DNA from: Gekko japonicus
Taxonomy: Eukaryota
Assembly (NCBI RefSeq): GCF_001447785.1
Contig: NW_015164186.1
Span: forward strand, 1,737,142 to 1,801,141
DNA: 64,000 nt
Direction of reading: 5' to 3'
Every line of letters begins with the position of its first letter. The stretch's first letter is position 1. The notes beneath the pieces were generated by a model, which was not told the DNA's origin, made no database searches, and saw only the letters and a program-made list of their open reading frames with translations. The translations under genes and the position numbers were made by a program. Positions 1-11,997 of the stretch are shown piece after piece.

Positions 1-2194
1 CACAAAGTGCCAACACGGCAATTTAACCTGAATACTGAGGTTTTACTTTAGAAAAAAACAACTCATACATTAACTTAAGATGATCCAAGCAAAGTAAGGA
101 AAGCAATCCCAAATGCTTTCATTTACTTAAAATTATTTGGCAGAGAATTCGACACTTTAATGATGGTCTGGGCCTGGCTGGGGTGATGGCACGCATGCCC
201 ACAGAGAGGGCTCTGAGTGCCACCTCTGGCACCCGTGCCATAGGTTCGCCATCACTGTCCTAGGCCCTAGTCTGATACACTAACCACTATACTATGCTGG
301 CTCTCCAAAACTGTATATATTCGTGTTCCAGCAGTGTCTGTCAGCCTTCTGGGATTTGTTTTCAGCTTTTCCAAGGTCCATCTTGAAGCACTACAGAAAA
401 CCTGCAAGATCCATTCGTAGATAACTGTGGCAGGACGCACACACAAAACGAAAGAGACATATTATATATGCAATAATGGAAGTACTGTCGTACCTATGTA
501 ACAGCCAAGGAGTTTTATTGTTGATGAGACTCCAATCAGGTCTTTCAACCACTAGACAGTCCAGCATGGCCAGGAAGATAAAACGCTGTACATTTTGCAG
601 AGGCATTCCTTCCTTATTAAAAATCTCACATCAAGCTCTGCAGCAGCAATGTTCAGAATTTTTTTTCTATTTAATGTGCATTTTTGCAGACCAACAGTTT
701 TTCGGCATCCACTTGTCACATCACAGAAAACATCTAAATTACGTATTGGAGTCATGTTTTCCATTCCAGTTAGCAGACAGTGTTAATCTTTACTTCTCAC
801 CTTGCTGACCTCCTCCAGTTTGCCTCACTAGGATAAAGCTTTAAAATCTGCTTTCAGTTCCTGGGCTAAATCGTGGAATACGTGAAATGATAACTGGAAA
901 AGTTCTGTGCATGTGTAGAGTACCTTTAACACTGGATAATTTGTTGGAATCAAAGGCACAGTGTCTCCAGAGCAGATGGCAGGATGGATCCCAGGCAGTT
1001 TATGTTCATCCCTCTCTCTTTTTTAGGTGTTTACCAATTTATCTGCACATAACATTTCCCAATGCAGCAGTCCATCCACTACACCACAGTGAATCTTATG
1101 TGCAAGTCTCAGAAGCCTTTCAAGGTCAAACCTGTATATACATTGGTTACACATTTGAAGATTCTTTAAATTTATTTTTACTTCATTTATACCCAAAGTG
1201 GCTTACATTGTTCTCTCCTCCTTTTTATCCTCACAACCACCTTGTGGGATAGGTTGTACTGAGAGTGTGAGACTGGCCCAAGGTCACCCAGCAAGCTTTC
1301 ATGGCAGAGCATGGTGGGATTCGAACCTGGGCCTCCCAGATCCTAGCTCATCTCTGTGCTCTGCAACTCACCTGCCATAGATAGCAGCACTGTGTTGGCT
1401 CTCCTCTGGGTTCTGTTGCTGCAGAGACAAAATCCCTGGCCACACTCTGCACCAAAGAGGCTTTCTTTCTAAATGGACTCTCAGCTTAAGAACTGCTGCA
1501 TGGCCAGTTTTAGTTTTCAGCCTTCCCTGTCATGCTGCCTGCTAATCATGCTGGCAGAGAACACGGCACCTAACAGGATTTAAGTTCCATGACGCAAGCA
1601 CAGGAAATCCAGGTGTCGTGGGCCAGGTTAATTCACCAGCCAAAGATGGAGGTGCTAAGAAGGGAACAGGGAATCAAAGGAAGTCCTGCCAGTGGCAATT
1701 TGGAAAGCGCTGAGGGGCCACTTCCCCTTTTTTGCAAAGGTGACGACCTCCACCAATGACACAATTTTGCTTTACTGTGTCAAAAATAAGAAAATTAGCA
1801 ATGATTTATCGATGCCCATTCTCTAACAAAAATCATACTGCCTTTGCAGAGCTCTGTCAGGACTCTCTCATAGCCCACTAGGATCCATTCCTAACCTGCC
1901 AGGTTTTGATCTGGCTTAATGCCAGCATGGGATAATGCCAGCGATCTGAGTCAAGAGTGTCAGACTCAGATCGGGAAACCCAGGTTCAAATCCCCACTCT
2001 CCCATGGAAACTGGCGGCACAGCCAGTCATTCTCTCAGTCTAATGTTGTGAGGATAAAACAGAGGAGGAGAGAATGATGTTGCAGACAGCTTTGGGTCCC
2101 CACTGGGGAGGAAGGCATGGGATAAATACCTAAATACAGATTATATCGTGTAGATTATTTCAGCGATGCTTATAAGACCCTGTTGAGATAAGGG

Positions 2195-2402
2195 TGTGTG
2201 TGTGAGGTGCCATCAAGTCGCAGCTGTCTTATGGCGACTCCGTAGGGTTTTCAAGGCAAGAGATGTCCGGAGGTGGTTTGCCATGGCCTTCCTTTGCACA
2301 GCAACCCTAGATTTCCTTGGTGATCACCCATCCAAGTATTAACCAGGGCCAACCCTGCTTAGCTTCCAATATCTGGCTAGCCTGGGCCATCCAGAGCAGG
2401 GC
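2195..2402 (-). mobile_element. 5S rRNA-derived SINE (SINE3 type) with RTE/BovB-like tail
   Basis: Minus strand reads GGAAGCTAAGCAGGGTTGGCCCTGGTTAATACTTGGATGGG, which matches the 5S rRNA internal promoter region. It is followed by GGCAAACCACCTCC...GTCGCCATAAG...GACTTGATGGCA and a (CA)n end. Confidence 0.7.
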
Positions 2403-4579
2403 AAAAAGAGGTTTACTCTCTTGAAATCCAGGCAAGTGGCAGAATGGTACAGTGGACTGTAACGCTGCAGGTCACACCCTGCTTGTGTGCTCCTGGGAAA
2501 ACGTCTGGCAGGCCACCATTAGAAACAGGAGGCTAGACTAATTAGACACTGTGGTCTGATCCCGAAGGGCTCTTCTTGTATCTTCACCATCTTTTGAATG
2601 GCCTTCCCATGCCTGCAAGTAAAACAGCTAGCACATCAGGATCTATCCCGGCCCATTTCCTGCCATGCTAACTTTCTACACGCAGGAATTGTTTAACATA
2701 CAAGAACGTTAAAAAAATGTGACCGCCATGCAGCCTTCAGGACCTTTTTATGTAGCATCCAGAATTCAGCTCTCAGTGGCTCCTTTCATTACACAATAAA
2801 AGCTGCTGCTGGAAGTGCAAATAGTCTAATTTTGCCTGGAAAACTATGAGCAAGAGGGGAGTGGACTTGTGGGCACAATAATTGATAAGATTAAAAAAAT
2901 ATGTTCATTATCCTGTTCATATCAATTGCTACCATCTAAATCCTGAGAATATGCCCAGCAATCTACAGGGATAGTGGCTGGCTCCTGCCGAGATGTGTTT
3001 GGATGCACAGAGAGGAGCAATTATATTGATTCTCATCTGTAGAGTCTAAGAACCAGCTCACTCCCCCCCATAAGCCAGTGGATCATGACTCACGAGGGCT
3101 GGCTGACACGTGAATGCTCGTTACTTGAGCACTACCCCATCCACTGAGAACCTGAAGAAGTGAATCAGCAATACATTGCTACAAGCTTGGACTGGACTGG
3201 CCCATTCGCCAGGAGAACACCCACTGGACTACTGTTCTGGTGGGTGAGGAGTGATCTAGCTGAACTGCGTCCCAGTGGTCAGAGCTAAGCAGTGTTTGTG
3301 GGGCTGCCAGTACTACTGGGAGGGACTTGGCTGAGCTTGCCGCTGGGGCTTCTTTAATGTCTCAGTCCACCAATCACACATACGGGTGTTCTATAACCCG
3401 CTGTCATCTCCAGCCCGGGGTTATTCCATCTGTCGGTCCCTGTGTTCAGCAGAACAGGAAAAGGCAAAAAAGCAATTGGTGCAGTGGGGAAAAAAAAATT
3501 CCAATAGACCTGATGAGCCCTACATCTTTTGCCTACAGGTAGTCCTCCAGGCCAGCATTTCTTAGAACACAACCCTTGTCCCACAGACTTGACATTTGGG
3601 GCTATATAGATCAGATCGCCATGACAAAATGTCACTGAAAAAAGAGGCAGAGTAGATTTTGAGAGTGAAAAGCTCTGGTTGCTAATGGGTTAAATTAAAA
3701 TTTGGGGTTATTACTGCTTATATGAGATAAAAACCTCTTTCCCAGTTATATGCTTTTCTTTGATGCTTAGCTGCTGTGGGAACTTTCTGGCAACATTGCT
3801 GTACAAGTTAGCTGAAATTTATCTTGCTTTAATTTATCCACATCTCTCTTTTTAAAAACTATTATTCCAATAGCATGCATCCTATAGTTCTTACAATGGG
3901 CCGGAGAAGACATAGACGACAATTCATGCAATGTGTACGAGATATCAATTAACTGTTTTTCTCACATTCTCCATTTTTACTGTCTTTCCAGAATTTGTTC
4001 TTCAGTGTGTTTTAATATCTGTGTGTATTGTCTTTGAGACTTGTCTGCATTTATATATGTTTACAGATCCCCATGACAAAGCACAAGCAAAACACACAGG
4101 GATTGTCACGTCTGATAAAATATTTGTTCCTGCTGTACCAATCTTGCCTTTTTTTGCCTTCTCTTGTTTGACATGATATTTTGAGTTTGTATTCTTAGAG
4201 CCCCGTGTTCAGTGGCCAGCCTTGAGCCACTTGGTGTAATGTACGTAACGTAAACCAGCATCATGCCAGAATCAAGGCAAGGGAGTAATACTCAAAGAAG
4301 AACGAGAGCGCTCTGCAAACTGCCAAGAGGGGAGGCCACTAGCAGGTGCTTGTCCACCAGTGGAGCCAGAAGGAGCTTAAACTCACGAGGCCTGCCAGTC
4401 TCTTTTCTTCCATGCAAAGAATTTCACAGCTGGGCCAAAGCCAGCAGCTGCCAGGTATTCTGGGGATCAGGTGCCCTGCAGGGTGGGTTTTCTGGCCCCA
4501 GTTGGGTTTGTAATGCCAGTCAGCACGTGGGCCTGGCTCCAAGTCAGGGGCTACCTAAATGCAATGTCAGCACCACGAT

Positions 4580-4702
4580 GCATCCTAGAACACAGACGTG
4601 TGCAGCACAGCCCGCCAAGAGAATAGGTCAGACTGTGCTGCATGCTAGAACACAGACGTGTGCAGCACAGCCCACCAAGAGAATAGGTCAGACTGTGCTG
4701 CA
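4580..4702. repeat. 60-bp tandem duplication (2 copies)
   Basis: GCAT(C/G)CTAGAACACAGACGTGTGCAGCACAGCCC(G/A)CCAAGAGAATAGGTCAGACTGTGCT is repeated with period 60. Confidence 0.9.
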
Positions 4703-5386
4703 GTCTTCCGGTGCCTGCCATTTTCACTCTGTCCCCTGGGATAACAGCTACTCTCAAGTCCTAGCTGGCTGGCTGAAAAGCCACTGGGGGGGGCTGTGGG
4801 GGCAAACACGGTGGGCAGCTAAAAGGCTCTGTCTCACTCTTTGGCCCACCAGCCACCCTGTTGTTTTAAACCACTCCCCACTATACAACTGTGCGCACAG
4901 GTCTGCCATCACCCTATCTAGTTAGCTCCTGGTTCACAAATGCTCAGTTGCATTACAGAAACCAAGGGCTAAAGTGCAACCTGTTTCCCACTCTGGAGGT
5001 TCTCAGCACAGATCCACAGCCCAGGCTGGTGTTGCGCTGAGCTGCTAACATTGCACCTGTAGCAGCTTTGCATGTGTAGCAACTCCCTGTTACACACCGT
5101 ACTAAGCACAAGCAGTGTTGCACAGGTCCAGTCTTGTACTCCAGACTCACATAAAAATTGAGCCTTAGCTCAAGGATAAGTGGGTTGGGTTTGCCAAACA
5201 GGCAATGAAATCAGATCACCGGGGATGTAATAGCTTTTAATAACTTTTATATAGTGCCATACTCCTTGAGCCTGTGGACGTTTACTCAGAAGTAAGACCT
5301 GCTGAGTTCAAAGGTAGATATTCTCAAGTAATTGCAGAGAAGTCACCACATTCGGCCATTGCAGCAAAAGCAGAAGCCCGACAAAA

Positions 5387-5392
5387 TTTATT
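5387..5392 (-). terminator. Candidate poly(A) signal of the PPP1R3C-like gene
   Basis: AATAAA on the minus strand about 1 kb downstream of the stop codon at 6373. Confidence 0.4.
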
Positions 5393-5569
5393 TCAGCATT
5401 ATATGTTTGTGAGTCAGAGCTCCCTTCCTCAAATGCATGCAGTGTACATCCGTAGGATGGTGAGGACAATTAAGAAACAAGAACCGATATAAGAGAATCC
5501 AGGCCATTCAGAGTGGGTGAGGACCACTCCCAACTGTAGACAGATGTATATGGATATACCCCCCATACG

Positions 5570-5775
5570 TCTGATGAAGTGCACTTTGACTCACAAAAGC
5601 TTGTGCTGAAATGAAGTTTGTTAGTCTTTAAGATGCCCCTGGACTTCTGTTTGACAATTCTCTAGTAAGACTATCCATGACTGCAGCCTGAAGAAGTGAG
5701 CAGTGACTCATGAAAGCTCCCACATATTTTGTTAGTCTTTAAGGTGCTACTGGACTCTTGCTCTTTTCTACTGCA
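5570..5775 (+). mobile_element. Two Penelope-like pseudo-LTR remnants with hammerhead-like cores
   Basis: CTGATGAAGTG...CTCACAAAAGC and CTGAAGAAGTGAGCAGTGACTCATGAAAGC, each followed by TTTGTTAGTCTTTAAG. ACTGCAGCCT is repeated at both ends of the second remnant. Confidence 0.6.
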
Positions 5776-6372
5776 GCCTTAGAAGCCTTCGGAGCTCTTC
5801 ACAGGCCGTTTCTTGCTCAGTCTTACAACAGCCCTGTAAGACAGGACACATTATTATTATTATTATCATCTCTATTTTTGCAGATGGGGGACTGAGGTTA
5901 AGACAGAGAATGTTACCTAAGGCGAGCGAATGGCAAAAGCAAAATCTGAACCATGGTCCTCCCAGATCACAGCTCTGCCTCCATGTCACTATGCTACTCT
6001 AGCTCTTGGGAGTTTTGCTAGCACACGCCAATAAAAACCAAGTTCTGCCAAGCCCCTTCCTGTATAACCTTCCGACTCATGTTTATGGTGATGTGACAGA
6101 GGGACCAAGCTCTTCCTTCATTCTCTTAGGCTTGCGCGTTGCCTGCACATGAATGCAGGCAGCCACTGGGTGGCAACATCTCCGCTAAAGCACGTTCCAG
6201 TTTTCAAGGCTTCTTCAAGACACTATTGCAAACCAAAGATCATAGTGCAGGCTGCCAAACTATTAACTTGGCATGTGGTATCGACCACAGAACAGTCCTC
6301 ACCAGAGCCACCAGCTGGCACCTGGGAAGAAATGTCAGAGAAGTACAGGCAGAGTGTGATCCAAAAACCTTC

Positions 6373-7273
6373 CTACCAATAAGGGTCACGGATCTCTGAC
6401 CGCCGCCAGGTCTGCAAGCGAGAGAGGACCAAAGCTGCAGCCCGAGAGGTCCCCAGAGGCTCCCCAGCCCCAATAGTGCTCTTTGCCAGCCGCGAAAGGG
6501 CACCGGGAGGGGAAGCAGCCACCACCTGGCGTATTCTGTAGTTCTTCCCTTGGTTGTTGTCCCAGTAGACTTTTGGGCCGGACTGGAAGGAGATACAGAA
6601 CTCAACAGACCCGCAAAGAACTGGACTTTTGGGCAGAGCCACCTCAAAGGAAAATGCATCCGTGTCCATATAGCCGTATGTATTGTGCAGATACTGACAA
6701 CAGATGTCCTGGAAAGTCTTCCAGGAGTCAAAGGTGATCCGGATGTACACTTTCTTCTCGTAACTAATGTTTCTGACTTTGACAGTCCCAGAAAGGGACT
6801 TCTCTTGGATCAGGCAGCTTTCCAAGGAAACCAAACTGCTCTGTAGGCGACTGCGAAAAGCGGAATAGTCAGCAGAGGGTTGGGAGAAGTCCAGCACGTA
6901 CTTTATCATCTCAAGCCGGGGGGCCCGACACTTGTTCCGGAAGCTGGTCAGACTGGACAGGGCGTGGTGCAAATCACACAGGTCTTCCTCGATCTTGGAG
7001 AAGATCCGTACGGCTGTGAGCGAGAGGCCCTTCATGTCAGCAAAGACCACCTTCTTCTTCTTTTTGGCCCGGCAGCCCTTGGCGCCCTCCTGCCTCTCGG
7101 GTTCAACGCAGAGGCAAGACCTCAAGGGCTGGTGCCCCAGGCCGCCTCGCAGCTCCTCATAGGAGTCCAGCAGCTTACGGATAGGAGGAGGGTGGCTCAG
7201 GCAAAGCCGCATGGCCCGGTCTCCTGGCGTGGCTCGGGGCACAATGGCCCGTGTACTGAGCACCTGGAAAAGG
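6373..7273 (-). CDS. PPP1R3C-like glycogen-targeting PP1 regulatory subunit, coding exon 2 (CDS join 9681..9694, 6373..7273; 304 aa)
   Basis: Open frame with AMRLCLSHPPP, the RVxF motif KKVVFAD plus KGLSLT, LDFSQPSADY and a CBM21 domain (GTVKVRNISYEKKVYIRITFDSWK...WDNNQGKNY). The acceptor CCTTTCCTTGCTTTCAG ends at 7274 and the phase fits exon 1. Confidence 0.93.
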
Positions 7274-7640
7274 CTGAAAGCAAGGAAAGGGGTTAGTGGC
7301 CACCTTGGAGATGCCACGTAAGGACTGGAAATGACCTGCAACTTAGGGCTGCTGCTTCACATGCGCCTAACTGCTCCAAACATACAGAAAATCAGAAAAA
7401 GTACTCATCATATCATGCCAGCCTCCATGTTCACTCCCATCCTGGAAAGCTGATGTACGCAAGGGCTTTTCCATACATGCCTCAGTGACAAAATAGCACA
7501 GAGGCAAATACATACATTCAAACTACAGTTTAAATGATCTTCAAGGGTGCATGTGTGCATCCTTTTATTTGGAGATGCTGGGGATTGAACGTGGGACTTT
7601 CTGCATTCAAAGCAGATGCTCTGCCAATGAGCCCCACCCC

Positions 7641-7732
7641 AGCCAAAATTTACTAACAAGGCAGCAGGTTATGCTCATTGCTTAGCCAAAATTTACTAAC
7701 AAGGCAGCAGGTTAAGGGCATGCTCATTGCTT
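7641..7732. repeat. Short local duplication (~43-bp period)
   Basis: AGCCAAAATTTACTAACAAGGCAGCAGGTTA occurs twice, each followed by TGCTCATTGCTT. Confidence 0.85.
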
Positions 7733-9639
7733 CATTGGAAGCTATTCTGGTTCTCATGCTTTACTGTAATAGGAAATGACAGATGAAAGATTAAAGACAG
7801 CCATTGTTTTAATTTTTTTTAAGGCTACTCCTTTAACAAGTGATAGCATCCATTTATTAGGTTGGACACATCATTTAATAAGCGTCTTTCAGTACTTGAC
7901 AAAAAGCACCTACACTGAGGTTTGGATAACAGATCTGACTAATTGATTAATCAGTAAAAAAGCAGGTAATTCAATTAAGTAAAAGTTCTTTAAATTGCTG
8001 GCAGCCTTGCAAAGACAGCACATGCTGAGTACAATTTGCACAGCCGGTCCTGTTTAAGTGGTGGGCTTCCACCCACTTATTAAAGTGGAGTGCAAACAAA
8101 AGGTCAACCTAACAGACGTTGATCCTAGAATGGGAAAATCCAAATTCCCTAGTGGAAAGCTGGCTACTTGAGCCCAGGCCCATAGCCATGGTGGGGCATT
8201 TGGAGGCAGAGCCCTCCCACACCCCAGGAGGATGCTAGACCCCACCCTACCTCCCAACTGGGGAAGTAAAGGGAAGCCGCCCTGCCGCTTCTGGTCTGCC
8301 CCCCCCCCAAACATTTTTCTGGCTACAGGGCTGCTTGAGCCCCATTGAAGTAAATGGGAGCTGTGCCAGTGCGCCAACCCCACACTCTGCTGCCCTTGCA
8401 ACACCTGAAAATTACCAATTCTGGGCACATAACCCCTGATATAGGAAGGGGGGGATTTTGAGAAACCCGATACCTCTATCCTGCTGGATCAGAGTTCCTA
8501 ACTAAAATTAGACGCCAGGAACTGAAAGCAAGACTTTCAACCTGAAAAGCATTTTGTTACTGAGCCAAGACCTCCTCCCTAGCCAGACTGCCATGTACCA
8601 CGAATGGGAAACAGGTGTCAGTGTTGGAAACCAAATCACATATGGGCCTACTTCAGGTGGCACCAATGTTATCCTGCAGCTGATAAAAAGTAGGCCATCG
8701 CGTGCCTTGGCTAATGCTGTGTTCACAGATTAGTGGTTGTCATCTGAACAATGCAGGTTGTCTTCAAAAAGCTGTGTGTGTCTGCCCCTACTTTTGCCAT
8801 CAGACTAAGAAAAAGCAGACAAAGGAAAAACAGTGTAGCTTGCTCTTGTGCCTTTTGCAACAGTTTGATTGGCAGAATACCACCAATGAAACTTATAGCT
8901 GCCCAGAGATAAATATGGGCACTTGCTAATACCAGTGTGCCCAGTGCTGCTGTAGGCAAAACTACAGGGAAGCTGCCATCCCTGCCACAAATCCTACAAA
9001 CTATGTCCTCAAATCTTTGCAAATTAACAACCATCTATCTGTCTGTTCATCCATCCAGCCTCACCCCCCCATCTCTATAGCACATTCTCAGCATTTGATC
9101 CTCCATGATAACAGCCCACAAGTAGGGTTATAAACAGAGAATCCCGGATAGCTCCATCTATTCTTTTACTGGCTTAACCCCCAATTTATTGTTAGGGAAT
9201 TTTCACTGAGATGGACCAATACAACAGAAAGCAGGCTCCCCCGCACCTCGCTTAGAGAGAGAACATAAGGATCTTCAGCAGGTCCAGGTTTTCACGTCCC
9301 TGGGGCACTTCCATGAGAGAAGCTGCACTAGATAAAATTCTCTTATCTACTGATGCCATATCTGCTGTTGCACAGGAGCACACACACACACACACCGCGC
9401 GGCAGGGCTTCTGCATCTTTAACATTTGTACAGCATGGAGAAACTCAGCCGGGAAAAGGCGCCCCTCCCCCGAGATGCTGGACAACGGGAAACTTCTCCG
9501 GCTGAAGCTCCGCCTGCCACTCAACTGCGTAATGACACAGGGGTCCGGCTAGGGGAGGAAGAGCATGTGGGCGCTGTCTAAAGCTAGCGCTTATTTCACC
9601 CAGCAGAGATAAAAGAAGGACTGCAGCACGAGAAAGTCC

Positions 9640-9910
9640 TAACGCGGCCCCCCTTCCCACGCGCCACCCAAAGCACTCACTCGCCACAACTCATCGCGCC
9701 GGCTGCTGTCCCAGATCCACGGCGCCTCTTTGAGTGAATGAATGAATGAACAGCCGAAGCCAGAGCGCGGCACCTACCTGGCCACACCCACGCAGGCGAC
9801 CAATCAACACCCGCGACACACACACACGCACACCCGCCCAAACCCGCCACATGCTTAGTACACCCCAAAGGCTACCGCGGGAGGAGGGGCCTGAGATCAG
9901 CCGGGTTTTG
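9640..9910 (-). promoter_or_regulatory. CpG-rich promoter/5'UTR of the PPP1R3C-like gene
   Basis: Local CpG enrichment around exon 1, a CCAAT box near 9800, and CACCC/GC-box motifs. Confidence 0.65.
9681..9694 (-). CDS. PPP1R3C-like coding exon 1 (MSCG+2 nt)
   Basis: ATGAGTTGTGGCGA|GTGAGT. Splicing gives MSCGDLFQVL, comparable to PPP1R3C MSCTRMIQVL, which also has a 14-nt first coding exon. Confidence 0.85.
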
Positions 9911-10093
9911 CAAGGACTCATTCTTGGAATTTGGAAGGCTAAGGCTCCTTGAGCGTATGCAGAGTGCACTTCTATTCACCGTTGCGGAATTGCATGCAAT
10001 GGGTTGTTCCCAAGTGGAGAAGGAGAAAGCTTTCTGCCTCCCCAAGTGTCTTGACTCTTCCAGGGAAAGGTATGTGCCCCGACAACTCTGTGT

Positions 10094-11064
10094 ACAAATT
10101 AAACCATCCCCTATTCCAGATCTGCTGTGTCTCTCTGGCTAAAAGCTTTAGATTTGACCATAGGAGATCTGAGTGCTCCGCTATGGATCCTTAGGCAAAC
10201 CACATTCTCACTCCCAGCCTCAGCAGCACCACATGCAAAATAGGAATATCAGTAGACTGCCTCACAGAGGTGTTGAGAGAACAAAGACTTAAAAGTACTT
10301 TAAGCATTCAAGGCTACCTAAGGCTTTTATCTCTGAATTTAACGAGGCTAGGATGGATGAGAACACATTCCAGGAGATCTAACAGTAAAAGAGCCAATTG
10401 CCCATGGTTTGCTGGAAAATCCAGCAACACTGTAATAGTAAAAAATGCGCAAATAAATCTAGCGAGCAAAGCTTCCCCCCATTGCCTCTTTTTTTTGGTT
10501 GGGCTACACCAGTTGAATTTTTCCCTCTTAGGCAAAAAGAAAAGAGTTGGCAATCCGCTTTGGAAGCTGTTTGGAAGCACAAATTAAACCATCCCCTATT
10601 CCAGATCTGCTGTGTCTCTCTGGCTAAAAGCTTTAGATTTGACCATAGGAGATCTGAGTGCTCCGCTATGGATCCTTTAGCAAACCACATTCTCACTCCC
10701 AACCTCAGCTGCACCACATGCAAAATAGGAATATCAGTACACTGTCTCACAGAGGTGTTGGGAGAACAAAGACTTAAAAGTACTTTAAGCATTCAAGGCT
10801 ACCTAAGGCTTTTATCTCTGAATTTAACGAGGCTAGGATGGATGAGAACACATTCCAGGAGATCTAACAGTAAAAGAGCCAATTGCCCATGGTTTGCTGG
10901 AAAATCCAGCAACACTGTAATAGTAAAAAATGCGCAAATAAATCTAGCGAGCAAAGCTTCCCCCCATTGCCTCTTTTTTTTGGTTGGGCTACACCAGTTG
11001 AATTTTTCCCTCTTAGGCAAAAAGAAAAGAGTTGGCAATCCGCTTTGGAAGCTGTTTGGAAGCA
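10094..11064. repeat. 485-bp near-perfect tandem duplication (10094-10579 / 10579-11064)
   Basis: ACAAATTAAACCATCCCC...GCTGTTTGGAAGCA occurs twice with only a handful of differences. The ORF track shows the duplicated ORFs. Confidence 0.95.
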
Positions 11065-11099
11065 TTCGTCAGCACGGTGTAGTGGCTATAATGCTGGAA

Positions 11100-11352
11100 T
11101 TAGATAAACATATGGAACAGAGGTACATCAGTGGCTATTAGCCACGAGGTATGGATAGGAACTCTCAGTCTGGGGCAAGTGATGCTCTGTATTCTTGGTG
11201 CTTGGTGGGGGGGCAACAGTGGGAGGGCTTCAAGTGTCCTGGCCCCACTGCTGGACCTCCTGATGGCACCTGGTATTTTTGGCCACTGTGTGACAGTGTT
11301 GGACTGGATGGGCCATTGGCCTGATCCAACATTGGCTTCTCTTATGTTCTTA
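11100..11352 (+). mobile_element. CR1 LINE 3' end nested in a tRNA-derived SINE
   Basis: TTAGATAAACATATGGA...GGCTATTAGCCA...CTGATCCAACATTGGCTTCTCTTATGTTCTTAT. SINE A-box-like and B-box-like halves lie on either side. Confidence 0.7.
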
Positions 11353-11997
11353 TAACTAGAGTCTCAGAGAATCAGGTTCAAATCTCCATTCTGCCACAAA
11401 AGCTCATGAGGTGTCCCTGGACCAGTCATACACTATCAGGATAACCTCCCACACAGGTTTGTCGAGAGGAGAAAACAATGAGCAGTGTGGAGAAAAGCAG
11501 GGCATACATATCTAATTTTTAAAAAACCTAACTGAAATTGCAAAAGTGTGGGAAAGGGAGAGGTGAAAAAAAAATATGAACAACCCTGTGAAAGCAGAGT
11601 CCTTGGCCTTTGGGCAACAGCAGCAGTTCCCTGGCTGATTAGAATTAGCCACATGGCTGCTAATCCAGGAGACAATGCATCTAAAAACAGCATCTTGTAA
11701 TTTGCCTGCTGCCTCTCTAATCAGGGTCATGGCCAGACAGTGACTCACACACCCTGGGCTGCCGCCGGTCAGAGAGACTGCACGTGTCAACTGGTAAGTT
11801 CACAGGCAGGGAGAGCAAAGCAAAAAGCGATTCATTCACAGACGCACACACAATCCATATCCAACACAAAGATGCAGGTGTTGGTCTGTGGGAGAAACAA
11901 ATAACCACACGACCACAAAGGAGCAAGTAGTGAGCTGTCAGGTTTCCCCACAAACTCTTTTTAAATACAAAGATATGGGGGGAGGGAGAGAAGCCCT

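Noticed and set aside
391-830. Possible exons of the next syntenic gene (GPAT4 expected)
   Set aside because: No frame resembles GPAT4 or any protein I recognise.
2300-2400. 5S rRNA gene
   Set aside because: Partial, diverged and fused to a LINE-like tail, so it is a SINE head.
4263-4925. 220-aa ORF
   Set aside because: Includes the 60-bp duplication and repeat-like sequence, with no domain or splice support.
7274-7341. N-terminal extension MQVISSPY... of the 322-aa ORF in the track
   Set aside because: It is intron sequence containing the polypyrimidine tract and acceptor. The true start is the 14-nt exon at 9681-9694.
10270-11141. 247-aa and duplicated ORFs
   Set aside because: By-product of the 485-bp tandem duplication; no homology recognised.
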